A DNA stretch of 64,000 nucleotides from an uncultured Acidobacteriota bacterium (lineage in GTDB: Bacteria; Acidobacteriota; Terriglobia; Acidiferrales; UBA7541), in assembly GCA_963788495.1 (NCBI GenBank), contig CAWBGX010000010.1:1076205-1140204 (forward strand), read 5' to 3'. The notes under the pieces were generated by a model. That model was not told the DNA's origin and made no database searches. It was given only the letters and a program-made list of their open reading frames with translations. Within the stretch, counting starts at the first letter, position 1. Each line of letters starts with the position of its first letter. The position numbers and the translations under genes are program-made. Below, in pieces: positions 49,219-59,200 of this stretch.

Positions 49219-52200
49219 CGTACACCGAACTGCATGCGCGTTCCGCTTTTAGTTTTCTGGCCGGGGCATCCATACCCGAAGAATTGGCCAGCGTGTGCGT
49301 GGCGCGCGGCATGACGGCGATGGCGCTGCTCGATCGAGACGGCGTGTATGGAGCGCCGCGTTTTTACCAGGCCGCAAAGAAGGGAGGTTCTTTGCAGGCG
49401 CATTTAGGCGCCGAAGTCACCTCCGCCGGCGGCTGGCGTTATCCGCTGCTCGCGGAGTCCCGCGAGGGCTATCAGAATTTGTGCCGCTTGATTACGCGCA
49501 TGAAATTGCGCGCGCCTGGAAAAGGCCAAGGCTGCGTCGAGGCCGAAGAGCTTGCTGGATTGAGCGCGGGCTTGATTTGCCTGACCGGAGGCCAGGAAGG
49601 CCCGCTGGCCAGTGCGCTCGAAAAGGGTGGGATCGAGCGTGGGCTGGGATGCGTGAGGGAGTTATGCGAACTATTTGGGCGCGAAAATGTTTATGTCGAG
49701 CTGCAAAGACATTATTGCCGCGCGGAGGAAGCGCGCAATCAAGCGGCCGTGGAAATTGCGCGCAAATTATCTTTGCCGTTGCTGGCCACCAATGGCGTTT
49801 GCCATGCGTTGCCGCAAGATAGGGAATTGCTGGATGTCTTTACCTGCATTCGCCATCATCGCCAGCTCGTGACGGCGGGGCGTCTCCTCACAGGCAATTC
49901 CGAACGGCATCTGAAATCACCCGCGGAGATGCAGCAGTTGTTTGCCGATCTTCCCGAAGCCATTGCCAACACCCAGGTTCTTTCTGCTCGGCTGCAATTT
50001 ACCTTGGATGAGCTTGGGTATGAGTTTCCCAGATATCCGGTGCCGGACGGCAAGACCCAAATGCAGTTTCTGCGCGATCGGACTTATGAAGGGATGTTGT
50101 CGCGCTACGGACCGGACAATGAAAAGGCCCGTCTGCAACTCGACCGCGAACTGGCTTTGATCGAGAAGATTGATCTGTCGGGCTATTTTTTAATTGTTTG
50201 GGACATCGTGCGCTTCTGCCAGCGCAACAATATTCTTGTGCAAGGGCGAGGATCGGCCGCCAACAGCGCGGTTTGTTACGCGCTGGGCATCACTGCCGTC
50301 GATCCTGTCGGCATGGAACTTCTCTTCGAACGCTTTCTTTCCGAAGAACGCGGCGAATGGCCGGACATCGATCTCGATCTTCCCAGCGGCGATCAACGCG
50401 AGCGCGCCATTCAGTACGTATACGAACGCTACGGAAAGTTGGGTGCGGCCATGACCGCCAACGTTATCACCTATCGCGGGCGTTCGGCGGCACGCGAAAT
50501 CGGCAAGGCTTTGTCGTTCGACCCGGAAACTTTGACCCGTTTGGCGGGCTTGGTTGGTGCGTGGGAATACAAAGATGAAAACGACACGCTGGAGCGGCAG
50601 TTTCGCGATGCCGGTTTCGACCTGAAACATCCCAAAATCCGCAAGTTCTTCGAGTTGTGCCGCAAAGTTCAGGATTTGCCGCGCCATTTGGGCCAGCACT
50701 CCGGCGGCATGGTGGTGTGCCAGGGGCAATTAGATTCGGTTGTGCCGCTGGAGCCCGCGACCATGCCCGGGCGCGTGGTGGTGCAGTGGGACAAAGAAGA
50801 CTGCGCCGACATGGGCATCGTGAAAGTGGACCTGCTCGGCTTGGGCATGATGGCCGTTTTGGAAGAGTCGCTTAAACTCATTCAAGAGCATCACGGAGAA
50901 GAAGTGGATTTGGGTCATCTTCCCGCGAATGACCAGGTTGTTTATGAAACTCTGCAAAAAGCGGACACCGTCGGCATGTTCCAAATCGAAAGCCGTGCGC
51001 AAATGGCCTGCCTGCCTCGCCTCCAGCCGAAATGTTTTTACGATATCGTGGTCCAGGTGGCCATCATCCGGCCCGGCCCCATCGTCGGCAAAATGGTTCA
51101 TCCTTATTTAAAGCGCCGTCAGGGACGCGAACCCGCCGAATGCCTGCATCCCTCGCTGGAACCCGTGCTCAAGCGCACTTTAGGAGTGCCGCTGTTTCAA
51201 GAGCAGTTGCTGCGCATGGCCATGATCGCCGCGGGATTCACAGGAGGACAAGCCGAAGAATTACGCCGCGCCTTCGGTTTCAAACGCTCCGAAAGGCTCA
51301 TGAAAGATGTGGAAGTAAAGCTTCGCGCTGGGATGGAAAAAAACGAAATCACCGGCGAGGTGCAGGACACCATCGTTAAATCGATCACGTCGTTCGCGTT
51401 ATATGGATTTCCAGAGTCCCACGCAGCAAGTTTTGCGCTGCTCGCCTACGCCAGCGCCTATTTGAAATGTCATTACCTCGCGGCATTCACCGCCGCGATG
51501 CTCAACAATCAGCCCATGGGCTTCTATCACCCCGCCACGCTGGTCAAAGATGCCCAGCGTCACGGCCTGCGCGTTCGCCCCATCGACGCGACCTGTTCGA
51601 ACTGGCTCTGCACGCTGGAAAAAGGGGACGCGAAGTTTTCCCTCCGCCTTGGCCTGCGCTACGTCAAAGGCTTGCGCGAAGACGCTGGTCGCGAAATTGT
51701 CCGCCAGCGCGTTGTCCAACCATTTTCTTCCATCGATGATTTAAAACTGCGAGTGCCCGCGCTGCAAAAATCCGAGCTGACCGCGCTCGCGGAAATTGGC
51801 GCCTTGAACTTTGTCGGAAACAAATCCGGCTTCCACCGCCGCGATGCCCTATGGCAAATCGAACGAGTCTCCCGCCGCGCCGGCCCGCTTCTCGAAACCT
51901 GCGAAGAGTCGCAAGAATCCGGGGATGAATCGAATATCAGCTTCTCTCCGCTGCAACCCATGACCGCGGAAGCCCGCCTGGTCGCCGATTTTCGCAACAC
52001 CGGAATGACCGTGGGCCCGCACCCCCTGAGCTATCATCGCCACAATCTAAAACAACAAGGCATTCTCTCGGCCAGCGACCTGCATCGTTTGCCGGACGGC
52101 GCCCCAGTCCGCGTGGCCGGCTCGGTGATCGCCCGCCAGCGCCCCGGCACCGCCAAAGGCTTCGTCTTCCTCAGCCTCGAAGACGAAACCGGCATCTCCA

Positions 52201-52376
52201 ACGCCATCATTACTCCACAGCTCTTTCAGCAGGATCACATCGTGATCGTGCACCAACAATTCCTGTTGATCGAAGGCCGCCTGCAAAACCAGGACAACGT
52301 CATCTCCGTCAAAGCCGAACGCATCCGCCCGCTATCCATCACCCGAGCGGAAACCACTTCCCACGATTTTCACTAA
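49215..52376 (+). CDS. dnaE2: error-prone DNA polymerase DnaE2 (ImuC)
   Basis: YTELHARSAFSFL, GRGSAANSAVCY, PDIDLD, HLGQHSGG, YGFPESHAASF, terminal SHDFH. Confidence 0.97.
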   Translation: MTYTELHARSAFSFLAGASIPEELASVCVARGMTAMALLDRDGVYGAPRFYQAAKKGGSLQAHLGAEVTSAGGWRYPLLAESREGYQNLCRLITRMKLRAPGKGQGCVEAEELAGLSAGLICLTGGQEGPLASALEKGGIERGLGCVRELCELFGRENVYVELQRHYCRAEEARNQAAVEIARKLSLPLLATNGVCHALPQDRELLDVFTCIRHHRQLVTAGRLLTGNSERHLKSPAEMQQLFADLPEAIANTQVLSARLQFTLDELGYEFPRYPVPDGKTQMQFLRDRTYEGMLSRYGPDNEKARLQLDRELALIEKIDLSGYFLIVWDIVRFCQRNNILVQGRGSAANSAVCYALGITAVDPVGMELLFERFLSEERGEWPDIDLDLPSGDQRERAIQYVYERYGKLGAAMTANVITYRGRSAAREIGKALSFDPETLTRLAGLVGAWEYKDENDTLERQFRDAGFDLKHPKIRKFFELCRKVQDLPRHLGQHSGGMVVCQGQLDSVVPLEPATMPGRVVVQWDKEDCADMGIVKVDLLGLGMMAVLEESLKLIQEHHGEEVDLGHLPANDQVVYETLQKADTVGMFQIESRAQMACLPRLQPKCFYDIVVQVAIIRPGPIVGKMVHPYLKRRQGREPAECLHPSLEPVLKRTLGVPLFQEQLLRMAMIAAGFTGGQAEELRRAFGFKRSERLMKDVEVKLRAGMEKNEITGEVQDTIVKSITSFALYGFPESHAASFALLAYASAYLKCHYLAAFTAAMLNNQPMGFYHPATLVKDAQRHGLRVRPIDATCSNWLCTLEKGDAKFSLRLGLRYVKGLREDAGREIVRQRVVQPFSSIDDLKLRVPALQKSELTALAEIGALNFVGNKSGFHRRDALWQIERVSRRAGPLLETCEESQESGDESNISFSPLQPMTAEARLVADFRNTGMTVGPHPLSYHRHNLKQQGILSASDLHRLPDGAPVRVAGSVIARQRPGTAKGFVFLSLEDETGISNAIITPQLFQQDHIVIVHQQFLLIEGRLQNQDNVISVKAERIRPLSITRAETTSHDFH

Positions 52377-52424
52377 GGAAGCGCCAGCCATATTCTCTTG
52401 GAAGGGAATTCGTTCGACAAAGCG

Positions 52425-53090
52425 TCAGTGCGCAAATTGCGGCAGCGACCGCAGCAAAGCGCTGGCGCCATTCCAAAAAATCTGCACCCCGATGCACACC
52501 AGCAAAAACGACGAAAGTCGCATCACCACGCTCATCCCCGTGGCCCCCAGCAGCGTCGCCAAACGATCCGCGAAGCCATAACAGAGGAAAATACTCAGCG
52601 CCACCAGCGCGGAACCCACCACCGCCGCAAGCATGCCCAGAAAATTGGGGCCCAGATGCCGCGGCTCATTCGCGCCCAGCGTGATGGCCACGGAGATCGA
52701 CCCCGGCCCAACCGTAAGCGGCAACGTCAGCGGATAAAACGCATTTCGGAAAATATCCTGCGAATCGACATTCCTCCGGGCCACGTGACCCCGTTCGTCG
52801 TCGTCCTTTTGCTTCAGCATGGCCCACGCCGTGGACATCACGATCAACCCGCCGCCCACTTGCACCACCGGCAGCGATATTCCGAAAAACGCCAGGATGT
52901 GCGTGCCAATCAGGAAGGAAACCACCAGCAAAATAAAGCTATTGATCGCGATCTGCTGCGAGAGAAGTCTTCTCGACGCCGTCGAATAGTCCCGCGTCAG
53001 GGCCAGAAAGATCGGGCTCCCGCCCAACGGATTCACGATCGGGAAGAGCGCACTCACGATCAGGATGGTGGTTTTTACCGCTTCGAGCAA
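52425..53090 (-). CDS. MarC-family membrane protein
   Basis: 'LFPIVNPLG', 'PLTLPLTVGPGSIS'. Confidence 0.92.
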   Translation of the reverse strand: MLEAVKTTILIVSALFPIVNPLGGSPIFLALTRDYSTASRRLLSQQIAINSFILLVVSFLIGTHILAFFGISLPVVQVGGGLIVMSTAWAMLKQKDDDERGHVARRNVDSQDIFRNAFYPLTLPLTVGPGSISVAITLGANEPRHLGPNFLGMLAAVVGSALVALSIFLCYGFADRLATLLGATGMSVVMRLSSFLLVCIGVQIFWNGASALLRSLPQFAH

Positions 53091-53145
53091 TGCCGCCCCC
53101 GCGAATTTCGAGTATATCCGACCAAAAGACCGGCGCAACCCACGT

Positions 53146-53685
53146 TTATCCGCGTTGCGCCACGATCAACTTGGCAGTGGTCACCGCTTGCCCCACGTGA
53201 CGCTGCGTGTGATCGGCCAAGTGCACCAGCAGGCCGCCGACGGTGGTGGGCAAGGCCTTTTTCCCAACCGTTCTCCATTTTTCCAAGTCCCCCGCCGCCA
53301 ACCCGCGCACCCGATCCGCGCTTCTCGCCAAAGCCGTCGCCAGCTCCGCGAACAAGCTGTCCCGTGTCACCCGCGGCTCCAACTCGCTCTGGAGTTCGGC
53401 CAATTGCCCTTCCGAGAGGGCCCCGCCTTCCGCATAAGTCAGCAAACGATCCAGACTTCGTGCGATGTGCCGCACGTGAAACGCGACCGGTGCAAGTCCC
53501 GCCGGTCGGGCATTTAACTCTTCCTCGGTCAGCCCGCCGCACCATTTCTCCAAATCCTCTCGCGCCAGCTCCAAAGCGTGCAGCACGCCCCGCGCTACGG
53601 CCGGCACATCGGTCAGTGTGCCGCGCAACCAGGGTTCCGGCGGCGACCCAGGATTCGGCGGTCCCACATTCTTACCGTCACGCAT
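53146..53685 (-). CDS. DinB-family protein
   Basis: 'PEPWLRG', 'FHVRHIARSLDRL', 'HLADHTQRHVGQ'. Confidence 0.88.
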   Translation of the reverse strand: MRDGKNVGPPNPGSPPEPWLRGTLTDVPAVARGVLHALELAREDLEKWCGGLTEEELNARPAGLAPVAFHVRHIARSLDRLLTYAEGGALSEGQLAELQSELEPRVTRDSLFAELATALARSADRVRGLAAGDLEKWRTVGKKALPTTVGGLLVHLADHTQRHVGQAVTTAKLIVAQRG

Positions 53686-53810
53686 CTGCGCTCCCCTCAA
53701 CCACCTTTTCGAATCCGTTCCAGCCAAAGCAGTAATCTAGAATAAACGATCGCGCCTTGCCGAACCACGCGGCCCTGAGCTAGAGTCTCCGTTCTATGCA
53801 AAGGAAGGCC

Positions 53811-54401
53811 ATGGCCAAAGAGGCAACCAAGCCCCAACCTAAAGGGAAGGGCAAGCAGAGCGTGCGCATCCTGATCTCCAGAACCCGGCTCCAGCGGCGT
53901 ATTACCGAGATGGCTCGCGAAATCCGCAAGGATTTTCCAGATGAGCCGCTGCATCTGGTCGGCGTGCTCAAGGGCGCGGTGTTCTTCCTCACCGATTTGG
54001 GCAAGCAGATTCCCGGCGACGTTTCTTTTGATTTCATCGCGGTCTCCAGCTATGGCGTCGGCACGCATTCCTCCGGGCAGGTGCGGCTCACCAGGGACCT
54101 GGATTCCAACATCGAGGGGAAAACGGTCATCGTCGTGGAAGACATCCTGGACACCGGCATGACGCTCCAGTATTTGCTCCGCGTCTTTGAGCAGCGCAGG
54201 CCCAAGCGCATCCGCGTCGCCGTGCTGCTGGACAAGCCGGAGCGCCGCATCGCCGCGGTTCATGCCGACTACGTCGGCTTCACCATCCCCAACGAATTTG
54301 TCGTCGGCTTTGGCCTGGACTATGCCGAGCGCTACCGCAATCTGCCCGATGTGGGCATCCTCACCCTGGGCGCCCCGGAAAAGAACGCCGCAAAAGCCTG
54401 A
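53811..54401 (+). CDS. hpt: hypoxanthine phosphoribosyltransferase
   Basis: VLKGA, VVEDILDTGMT, FVVGFGLDYAERYRNLP. Confidence 0.97.
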   Translation: MAKEATKPQPKGKGKQSVRILISRTRLQRRITEMAREIRKDFPDEPLHLVGVLKGAVFFLTDLGKQIPGDVSFDFIAVSSYGVGTHSSGQVRLTRDLDSNIEGKTVIVVEDILDTGMTLQYLLRVFEQRRPKRIRVAVLLDKPERRIAAVHADYVGFTIPNEFVVGFGLDYAERYRNLPDVGILTLGAPEKNAAKA

Positions 54402-54455
54402 CAAATTATCGATTTTCCGGCCATCATCGGATCTCGCGGACTCTTTCCCTCCGCC

Positions 54456-54464
54456 TGCTATAAT
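54456..54464 (+). promoter_or_regulatory. extended -10 promoter TGcTATAAT
   Basis: Perfect consensus 11 nt before the ATG at 54476. Confidence 0.7.
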
Positions 54465-54475
54465 AGTTTGAGTGC

Positions 54476-56248
54476 ATGAATCCCACTGACGCACACACTG
54501 AAACACTCTCCGCGACCGGCAGCCAGGGGATTTCCGCCGAGGTGCTCGCCACCCTGGCCGAAATCGGCGAAGAGGTCAACTCTTCCCTGGACCTGGACGA
54601 AGTCCTGGCCCGCACCGCCGCCCTGATCAAGCGCCATATCGACTACGAAATCTTCGGCGTGCTGATGTTCGAGGGCGACGGCTCTTATCTCAAGCATCGT
54701 TTCTCCATCGGCTATCCCCACGGTCTCGCGGAGAACTTGCAGGTGCCTATCGGACAGGGCATTACCGGCACGGCCGCGGCTACCGGGCACTCCGTGCGTG
54801 TCGGCGACACTTCCAAGGACCCGCGCTACATCAATGCCATCGACAGTGTGCGTTCCGAGCTGGCCGTGCCCCTCATGCTCCAGGGCAAGTGCATCGGCGT
54901 GCTGGATATTCAGAGCGGCCATCCCGAATATTTCACGCCCGGCCAACAAAACATCTTGACCCTGCTGGCCAGCCGCCTGGCCGTGGCCATCGAAAACGCC
55001 AGGCTCTTTCAGCGCGTTCGCGCCCAGGCCGACACTCTTTTGCTGCTCAGCGAAGTCAGCCGCGAAACGGGTTCCATCCTGGACGTCGAAGAGCTGCTTC
55101 GCCGTGCCGCGGACCAAACCAAACGCGTCATCGACTATCAAATCCTCAGCATCATGCTCTACGACGAGGAGCAAAAAGTGTTTCGTCATCGCGTCGACGT
55201 AAAGCACGGCCAGCGCGTGCAAGGAAAACTCCGCGTCGCGGCCAGCGAAGGCATCGTCGGTGCGGCGGCCACGCTGAAAGAGCCGGTGATCGTCCCGGAC
55301 GTCACCGTCGACCCGCGCTATCTGATGGTCAATCCCGAGACGCGGTCCGAGCTCGCGATTCCCATGATGCACAAAGGCAAAGTCATCGGCGTCCTGGACC
55401 TCGAGAGTCCCCAGTTGAATTACTTCACCGAGGATCACGTGCAGACGCTTTCGATTTTGGCCTCCAATCTCGCGGTTTCCCTGGAAAACGCCCGCCTGTA
55501 CCAGCAAGTGGCCCGCGATGAAGCGCGCCTCGAACGCGATCTGCAAGCCGCCAAACGCATTCAAGGCGCCTTGCTGCGCCCCGTGCCCACCGAGGATTTC
55601 GGCCTGGACATGGCCGCCCGCTATCTCTCGGCCCGCGAAGTCGGCGGCGATCTCTACGAATTTCTCCGTTACGGCGCGCAGCAGATCGGCATCGCCCTGG
55701 GTGACGTCAGCGGAAAGGGAACTGCCGCCGCGTTGTACGGCGCCGTGGCCATCGGCATCATGCGCAGCCTTTCCCCGCAGAAACTCCAGCCCGCGGAGTT
55801 CCTCAAGGCCATGAATCAAATCGTGGGCGAGCGCCGCATCGAAGGCCGCTTCATGACCATCTGCTTCGCCACCTGGCAAAAAAACCGCAGCAAGCTGCGG
55901 GTCGCCAATGCCGGCCAGTCCCAGCCGCTCTTATACAAGGACGGCCGCTGCGGAAAAGTGGAGCTCACCGGCTTTCCGCTGGGCATCTTCGAGGACGTTA
56001 CCTACGACGAGTGGGGCGTTACGCTGGCGCCCGGCGATGTCCTGGTGTTCCACTCCGACGGCATCGCGGAAACGGCCAACAGCGAAAATCAGTTTTTCGG
56101 CACCGAGCGCCTCCGCAAGCTCATCGAGGATCACCACGATCTCAGCGCCGGCGATCTTGCCGACCGCGTTTTTCGCGAAGTGGATTGGTTCGCGCAAGGC
56201 GCGCCTCCGGCCGACGATCGCACCCTGGTGGTGCTAAAAGTGCGATGA
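54476..56248 (+). CDS. GAF-GAF-PP2C (SpoIIE/RsbU-like) phosphatase
   Basis: Two GAF repeats ('DPRY..RSELA.P..IGVLD..S'); VGGDLY, DVSGKG, SDG..E, DDRT. Confidence 0.93.
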   Translation: MNPTDAHTETLSATGSQGISAEVLATLAEIGEEVNSSLDLDEVLARTAALIKRHIDYEIFGVLMFEGDGSYLKHRFSIGYPHGLAENLQVPIGQGITGTAAATGHSVRVGDTSKDPRYINAIDSVRSELAVPLMLQGKCIGVLDIQSGHPEYFTPGQQNILTLLASRLAVAIENARLFQRVRAQADTLLLLSEVSRETGSILDVEELLRRAADQTKRVIDYQILSIMLYDEEQKVFRHRVDVKHGQRVQGKLRVAASEGIVGAAATLKEPVIVPDVTVDPRYLMVNPETRSELAIPMMHKGKVIGVLDLESPQLNYFTEDHVQTLSILASNLAVSLENARLYQQVARDEARLERDLQAAKRIQGALLRPVPTEDFGLDMAARYLSAREVGGDLYEFLRYGAQQIGIALGDVSGKGTAAALYGAVAIGIMRSLSPQKLQPAEFLKAMNQIVGERRIEGRFMTICFATWQKNRSKLRVANAGQSQPLLYKDGRCGKVELTGFPLGIFEDVTYDEWGVTLAPGDVLVFHSDGIAETANSENQFFGTERLRKLIEDHHDLSAGDLADRVFREVDWFAQGAPPADDRTLVVLKVR

Positions 56249-57642
56249 GCGGTCCCGGCGCCGTTGCTCCGAAAAAACTTTCCTTCGTGGACCCGGTTTC
56301 GTTCACCCCGCATTTTGCGTGGAAAAACGCCGGCAAAACCTCGGCTTTCGCGCAAGCCGTGCTGTGCGAAGGCGTCCCGCTCGTTGACATCGCCGCCCAA
56401 TTTGCCACGCCCACCTACGTTTACAGCCGCGCCGCCATTGACGATGCCCACCGGGAGCTGCACCGCGGCCTCGGCGCCCTCCCACACACCCTGTGCTTCG
56501 CCGTAAAGTCCAACGGCAATCTGGCCATCCTCAAGCATGTGGCAAAAATGGGGAACGGATTCGACGTGGTCTCCGGAGGCGAGCTCCATCTTCTGCAAAG
56601 CATCGGCGTGCGCGGCGACCGCATCGTCTTTTCCGGTGTGGGCAAGACCCGCGAAGAGATTCGCGAAGCGCTACGCTATCCGGCGCCCAAGCGCGGGGGC
56701 CGCAGTGGAATCTTGCTCTTCAACATCGAGTCGGAAGCCGAGTTGGAAGTCCTGCTCGAAGAATCGGCGCGCCACGGAAAAAGAACCGGCGCGATCCCTG
56801 CCGTTTCCATTCGCGTAAATCCCGATGTTCAGGCCGGCGGCCATCCCCACATCTCCACCGGACGCTACGAACACAAATTTGGCCTCGATTGGGAAGCCGC
56901 CCGCCGTCTTTATCGCGCCCATCAAGCGTCCAGGTGGATCAACTGGCAGGGCATCAGCGTCCACATCGGCTCCCAAATCCTCACCTTGGATCCGTTTCGT
57001 CGAGCGCTAAGCCGTCTCTCCACCTATGTCGGCGAACTGCGAAAGATGGGAGTCGATCTCAAGTATCTGGATTTCGGCGGCGGGCACGGTATCCGCTACA
57101 CAACGGAGCACCCGCCCTCGCGCGAGTCCTACGCGCGAATGGTCTCGAAAATGGTTCGGCCGCTTGGCCTGCACCTGTTGTTGGAGCCGGGCCGCACGAT
57201 CATTGGCCCCGCGGGAGTTCTGCTCACCCGCGTACTCTACGTAAAAGAAAATCGCGGCAAGAAGTTTGTAGTAGTCGACGCCGCCATGAACGACCTGATG
57301 CGCCCAGCCCTCTACGGTGCGATCCACCCGATCACCAGGGTGACCCGTAGCAAAGGGCGCAGCCAGCCGCGCCAGCGCGTAGGTATCGCGCGGCAGCGGG
57401 TAGATATTGTCGGCCCAGTCTGCGAAACCGGCGACTGCTTCCTGCACAATTGGCCCCTCGACGCAGTTGCTTCCGGTGACGTCCTCGCCATCTGGGTCGC
57501 CGGCGCCTACGGCATGTCCCAATCTTCCAACTACAACGCCCGCTGCCGCCCCGCCGAAGTCCTCGTCGCAGGCCATCACCCCCGCCTAATCCGCCGCCGC
57601 GAAACCCCCCAAGACCTCCTTCGCAACCACATCACTGGCTAG
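56245..57642 (+). CDS. lysA: diaminopimelate decarboxylase
   Basis: FAVKSN, HPHISTG..KFG, HIGSQ, EPGR, GPVCETGD, GAYG. Confidence 0.95.
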   Translation: MSGPGAVAPKKLSFVDPVSFTPHFAWKNAGKTSAFAQAVLCEGVPLVDIAAQFATPTYVYSRAAIDDAHRELHRGLGALPHTLCFAVKSNGNLAILKHVAKMGNGFDVVSGGELHLLQSIGVRGDRIVFSGVGKTREEIREALRYPAPKRGGRSGILLFNIESEAELEVLLEESARHGKRTGAIPAVSIRVNPDVQAGGHPHISTGRYEHKFGLDWEAARRLYRAHQASRWINWQGISVHIGSQILTLDPFRRALSRLSTYVGELRKMGVDLKYLDFGGGHGIRYTTEHPPSRESYARMVSKMVRPLGLHLLLEPGRTIIGPAGVLLTRVLYVKENRGKKFVVVDAAMNDLMRPALYGAIHPITRVTRSKGRSQPRQRVGIARQRVDIVGPVCETGDCFLHNWPLDAVASGDVLAIWVAGAYGMSQSSNYNARCRPAEVLVAGHHPRLIRRRETPQDLLRNHITG

Positions 57643-57686
57643 AAGCCATCTGCTTCGCCACGGTTCACCCTTCGGTCTTCACATTC

Positions 57687-58364
57687 TTAGAGTCCGTCCA
57701 CGAAGGAGAGGTCGCGCCGCGCTACATATCGCTCATAGCACGTCGTACACATCCAACGTCCGCCAGGATCACAATATCCAAACTCGCCCGGGTCTATGTG
57801 AGACCTGCACAAGTCGCAGTGCTCGTGGCCCCATCCTTCAGGAACTGACCGCAACTCTGAGCTGGGCGGTAAGCTTTGGTCGCTCGCCGGGTAGTGCCGA
57901 CTCGCGCCTTTCCTTCCGCCCGCGAGCTCCAGCTTTGTCCAGACTCTCACCTCGCGCCCGCCAACGACCGATGTCTCTCCCGCGTCGTAGTCCTGAGTGA
58001 CGGCGTCAGCGCCCCGAAACTGCTTCTTTTCCCAGCCCCATGCTGGATCAAGGACCATCCACACGTGATAGGCCTGCCAGTAAGGGCTGAGATATGCGAG
58101 AGTCTGCCCGACGCCCGGTTCATCTTCTACATCGCAGGTTAGAGTAGCTGCCCCGGTCTCCCTGTCCATTGATTGCAGGGTGGCGCAAATGCAGTCTTGC
58201 CTTCCGAATAAGAGCCAAAACCAGTCCGGGTCAATCTTGTCGATAACGCGATCGAATTTCCCATCGAGTTCAAATCTGGTAGTTCCGGCGGCTAAAGTCT
58301 TTCCGCGACGTACAGCAGCAACAATGAAGTGAGGAAAATCCTCAAGCGTTTTAGGTTTGTGCAA
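57687..58364 (-). CDS. hypothetical protein with C-terminal C4 Zn-finger-like motif
   Basis: 'WGHEHCDLC...WMCTTCY'; GGAGG SD before the GTG. Confidence 0.7.
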   Translation of the reverse strand: MHKPKTLEDFPHFIVAAVRRGKTLAAGTTRFELDGKFDRVIDKIDPDWFWLLFGRQDCICATLQSMDRETGAATLTCDVEDEPGVGQTLAYLSPYWQAYHVWMVLDPAWGWEKKQFRGADAVTQDYDAGETSVVGGREVRVWTKLELAGGRKGASRHYPASDQSLPPSSELRSVPEGWGHEHCDLCRSHIDPGEFGYCDPGGRWMCTTCYERYVARRDLSFVDGL

Positions 58365-58426
58365 GCGCGCCCCTCCTGCGTCCTAATTGTGCGATTGAAA
58401 CGAGCCTGGGTTAAACTGTGTCGCCC

Positions 58427-58927
58427 ATGAGCGTAATCGACGAAGTACTCGCCGCAAACGAAATTTACTCGCGCACCCACGAATTGCGCAAACTCACCCC
58501 GCGCCCCGAGCGCAAGCTCGCCGTGCTCACCTGTATGGATACCCGGTTATCCATTCGCACCCTGGGCCTGAAAACCGGAGACGCCCACATCATCCGCAAC
58601 GCTGGCGGCATCGTCACCGACGACACCCTGCGCTCCCTGATCGTTTCCCACTACCTCCTGGGCACCGAAGAAATCATGGTCATCAACCACACCGATTGCG
58701 GCTTGATGCACACCAACGAACAGGACTTGCGCACCCGCATCCAGAATCGCACCGGAACCGCCGCCGTCGCTCCCGCCCACTTCTTCACCTTCCAAAACGT
58801 CGAAGAAAACGTCCGCCATCAGCTACAAAAGCTGCACACCCACCCGTGGATTCCCAAAACGGTATCCGTCCGCGGCTTCGTCTACGACGTCACCAACGGC
58901 CTCCTCCGCGAAATCAAGCTCACCTGA
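58427..58927 (+). CDS. beta-class carbonic anhydrase
   Basis: CMDTR, RNAGG, HTDCG, GFVYDVTNG. Confidence 0.95.
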   Translation: MSVIDEVLAANEIYSRTHELRKLTPRPERKLAVLTCMDTRLSIRTLGLKTGDAHIIRNAGGIVTDDTLRSLIVSHYLLGTEEIMVINHTDCGLMHTNEQDLRTRIQNRTGTAAVAPAHFFTFQNVEENVRHQLQKLHTHPWIPKTVSVRGFVYDVTNGLLREIKLT

Positions 58928-59025
58928 CCATTCTCGTCGCCTCCAAACTACAGGCGTCCACCCAAGAATAATTCTTGACATTCTAGCGTTATATGGCACA
59001 TTAGTAACCAAGAAGCTGTGCGTCC

Positions 59026-59056
59026 AAAGCGCCGTCGATTCGGCGCTTTTCGTTTT
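59026..59056 (+). terminator. intrinsic terminator-like hairpin
   Basis: AAAGCGCCG-TCGATT-CGGCGCTTT followed by TCGTTTT. Confidence 0.7.
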
Positions 59057-59058
59057 AT

Positions 59059-59084
59059 GTAGGCGCTGGGCCTTCAGCCCGGCG
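59059..59084 (+). repeat. GTAG-type REP-like palindrome
   Basis: GTAG-G-CGCTGGGC-CTTCA-GCCCGGCG. Confidence 0.55.
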
Positions 59085-59200
59085 AGCCAAGGACACCCTA
59101 ATTCCTCAAAAACTCAGCTTTTCGAAGCAAAGACCGACGCGTCGCTCTTTCCTTCAAAGACCAGGAACGGTAGTTACCATCAGGTTACTATCAGTAACCT

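Noticed and set aside
52398-53735. Long antisense ORFs (e.g. 52398..53735 +, 54458..55879 -, 59529..60701 +)
   Set aside because: Shadow ORFs of high-GC genes on the opposite strand, with no protein-like motifs
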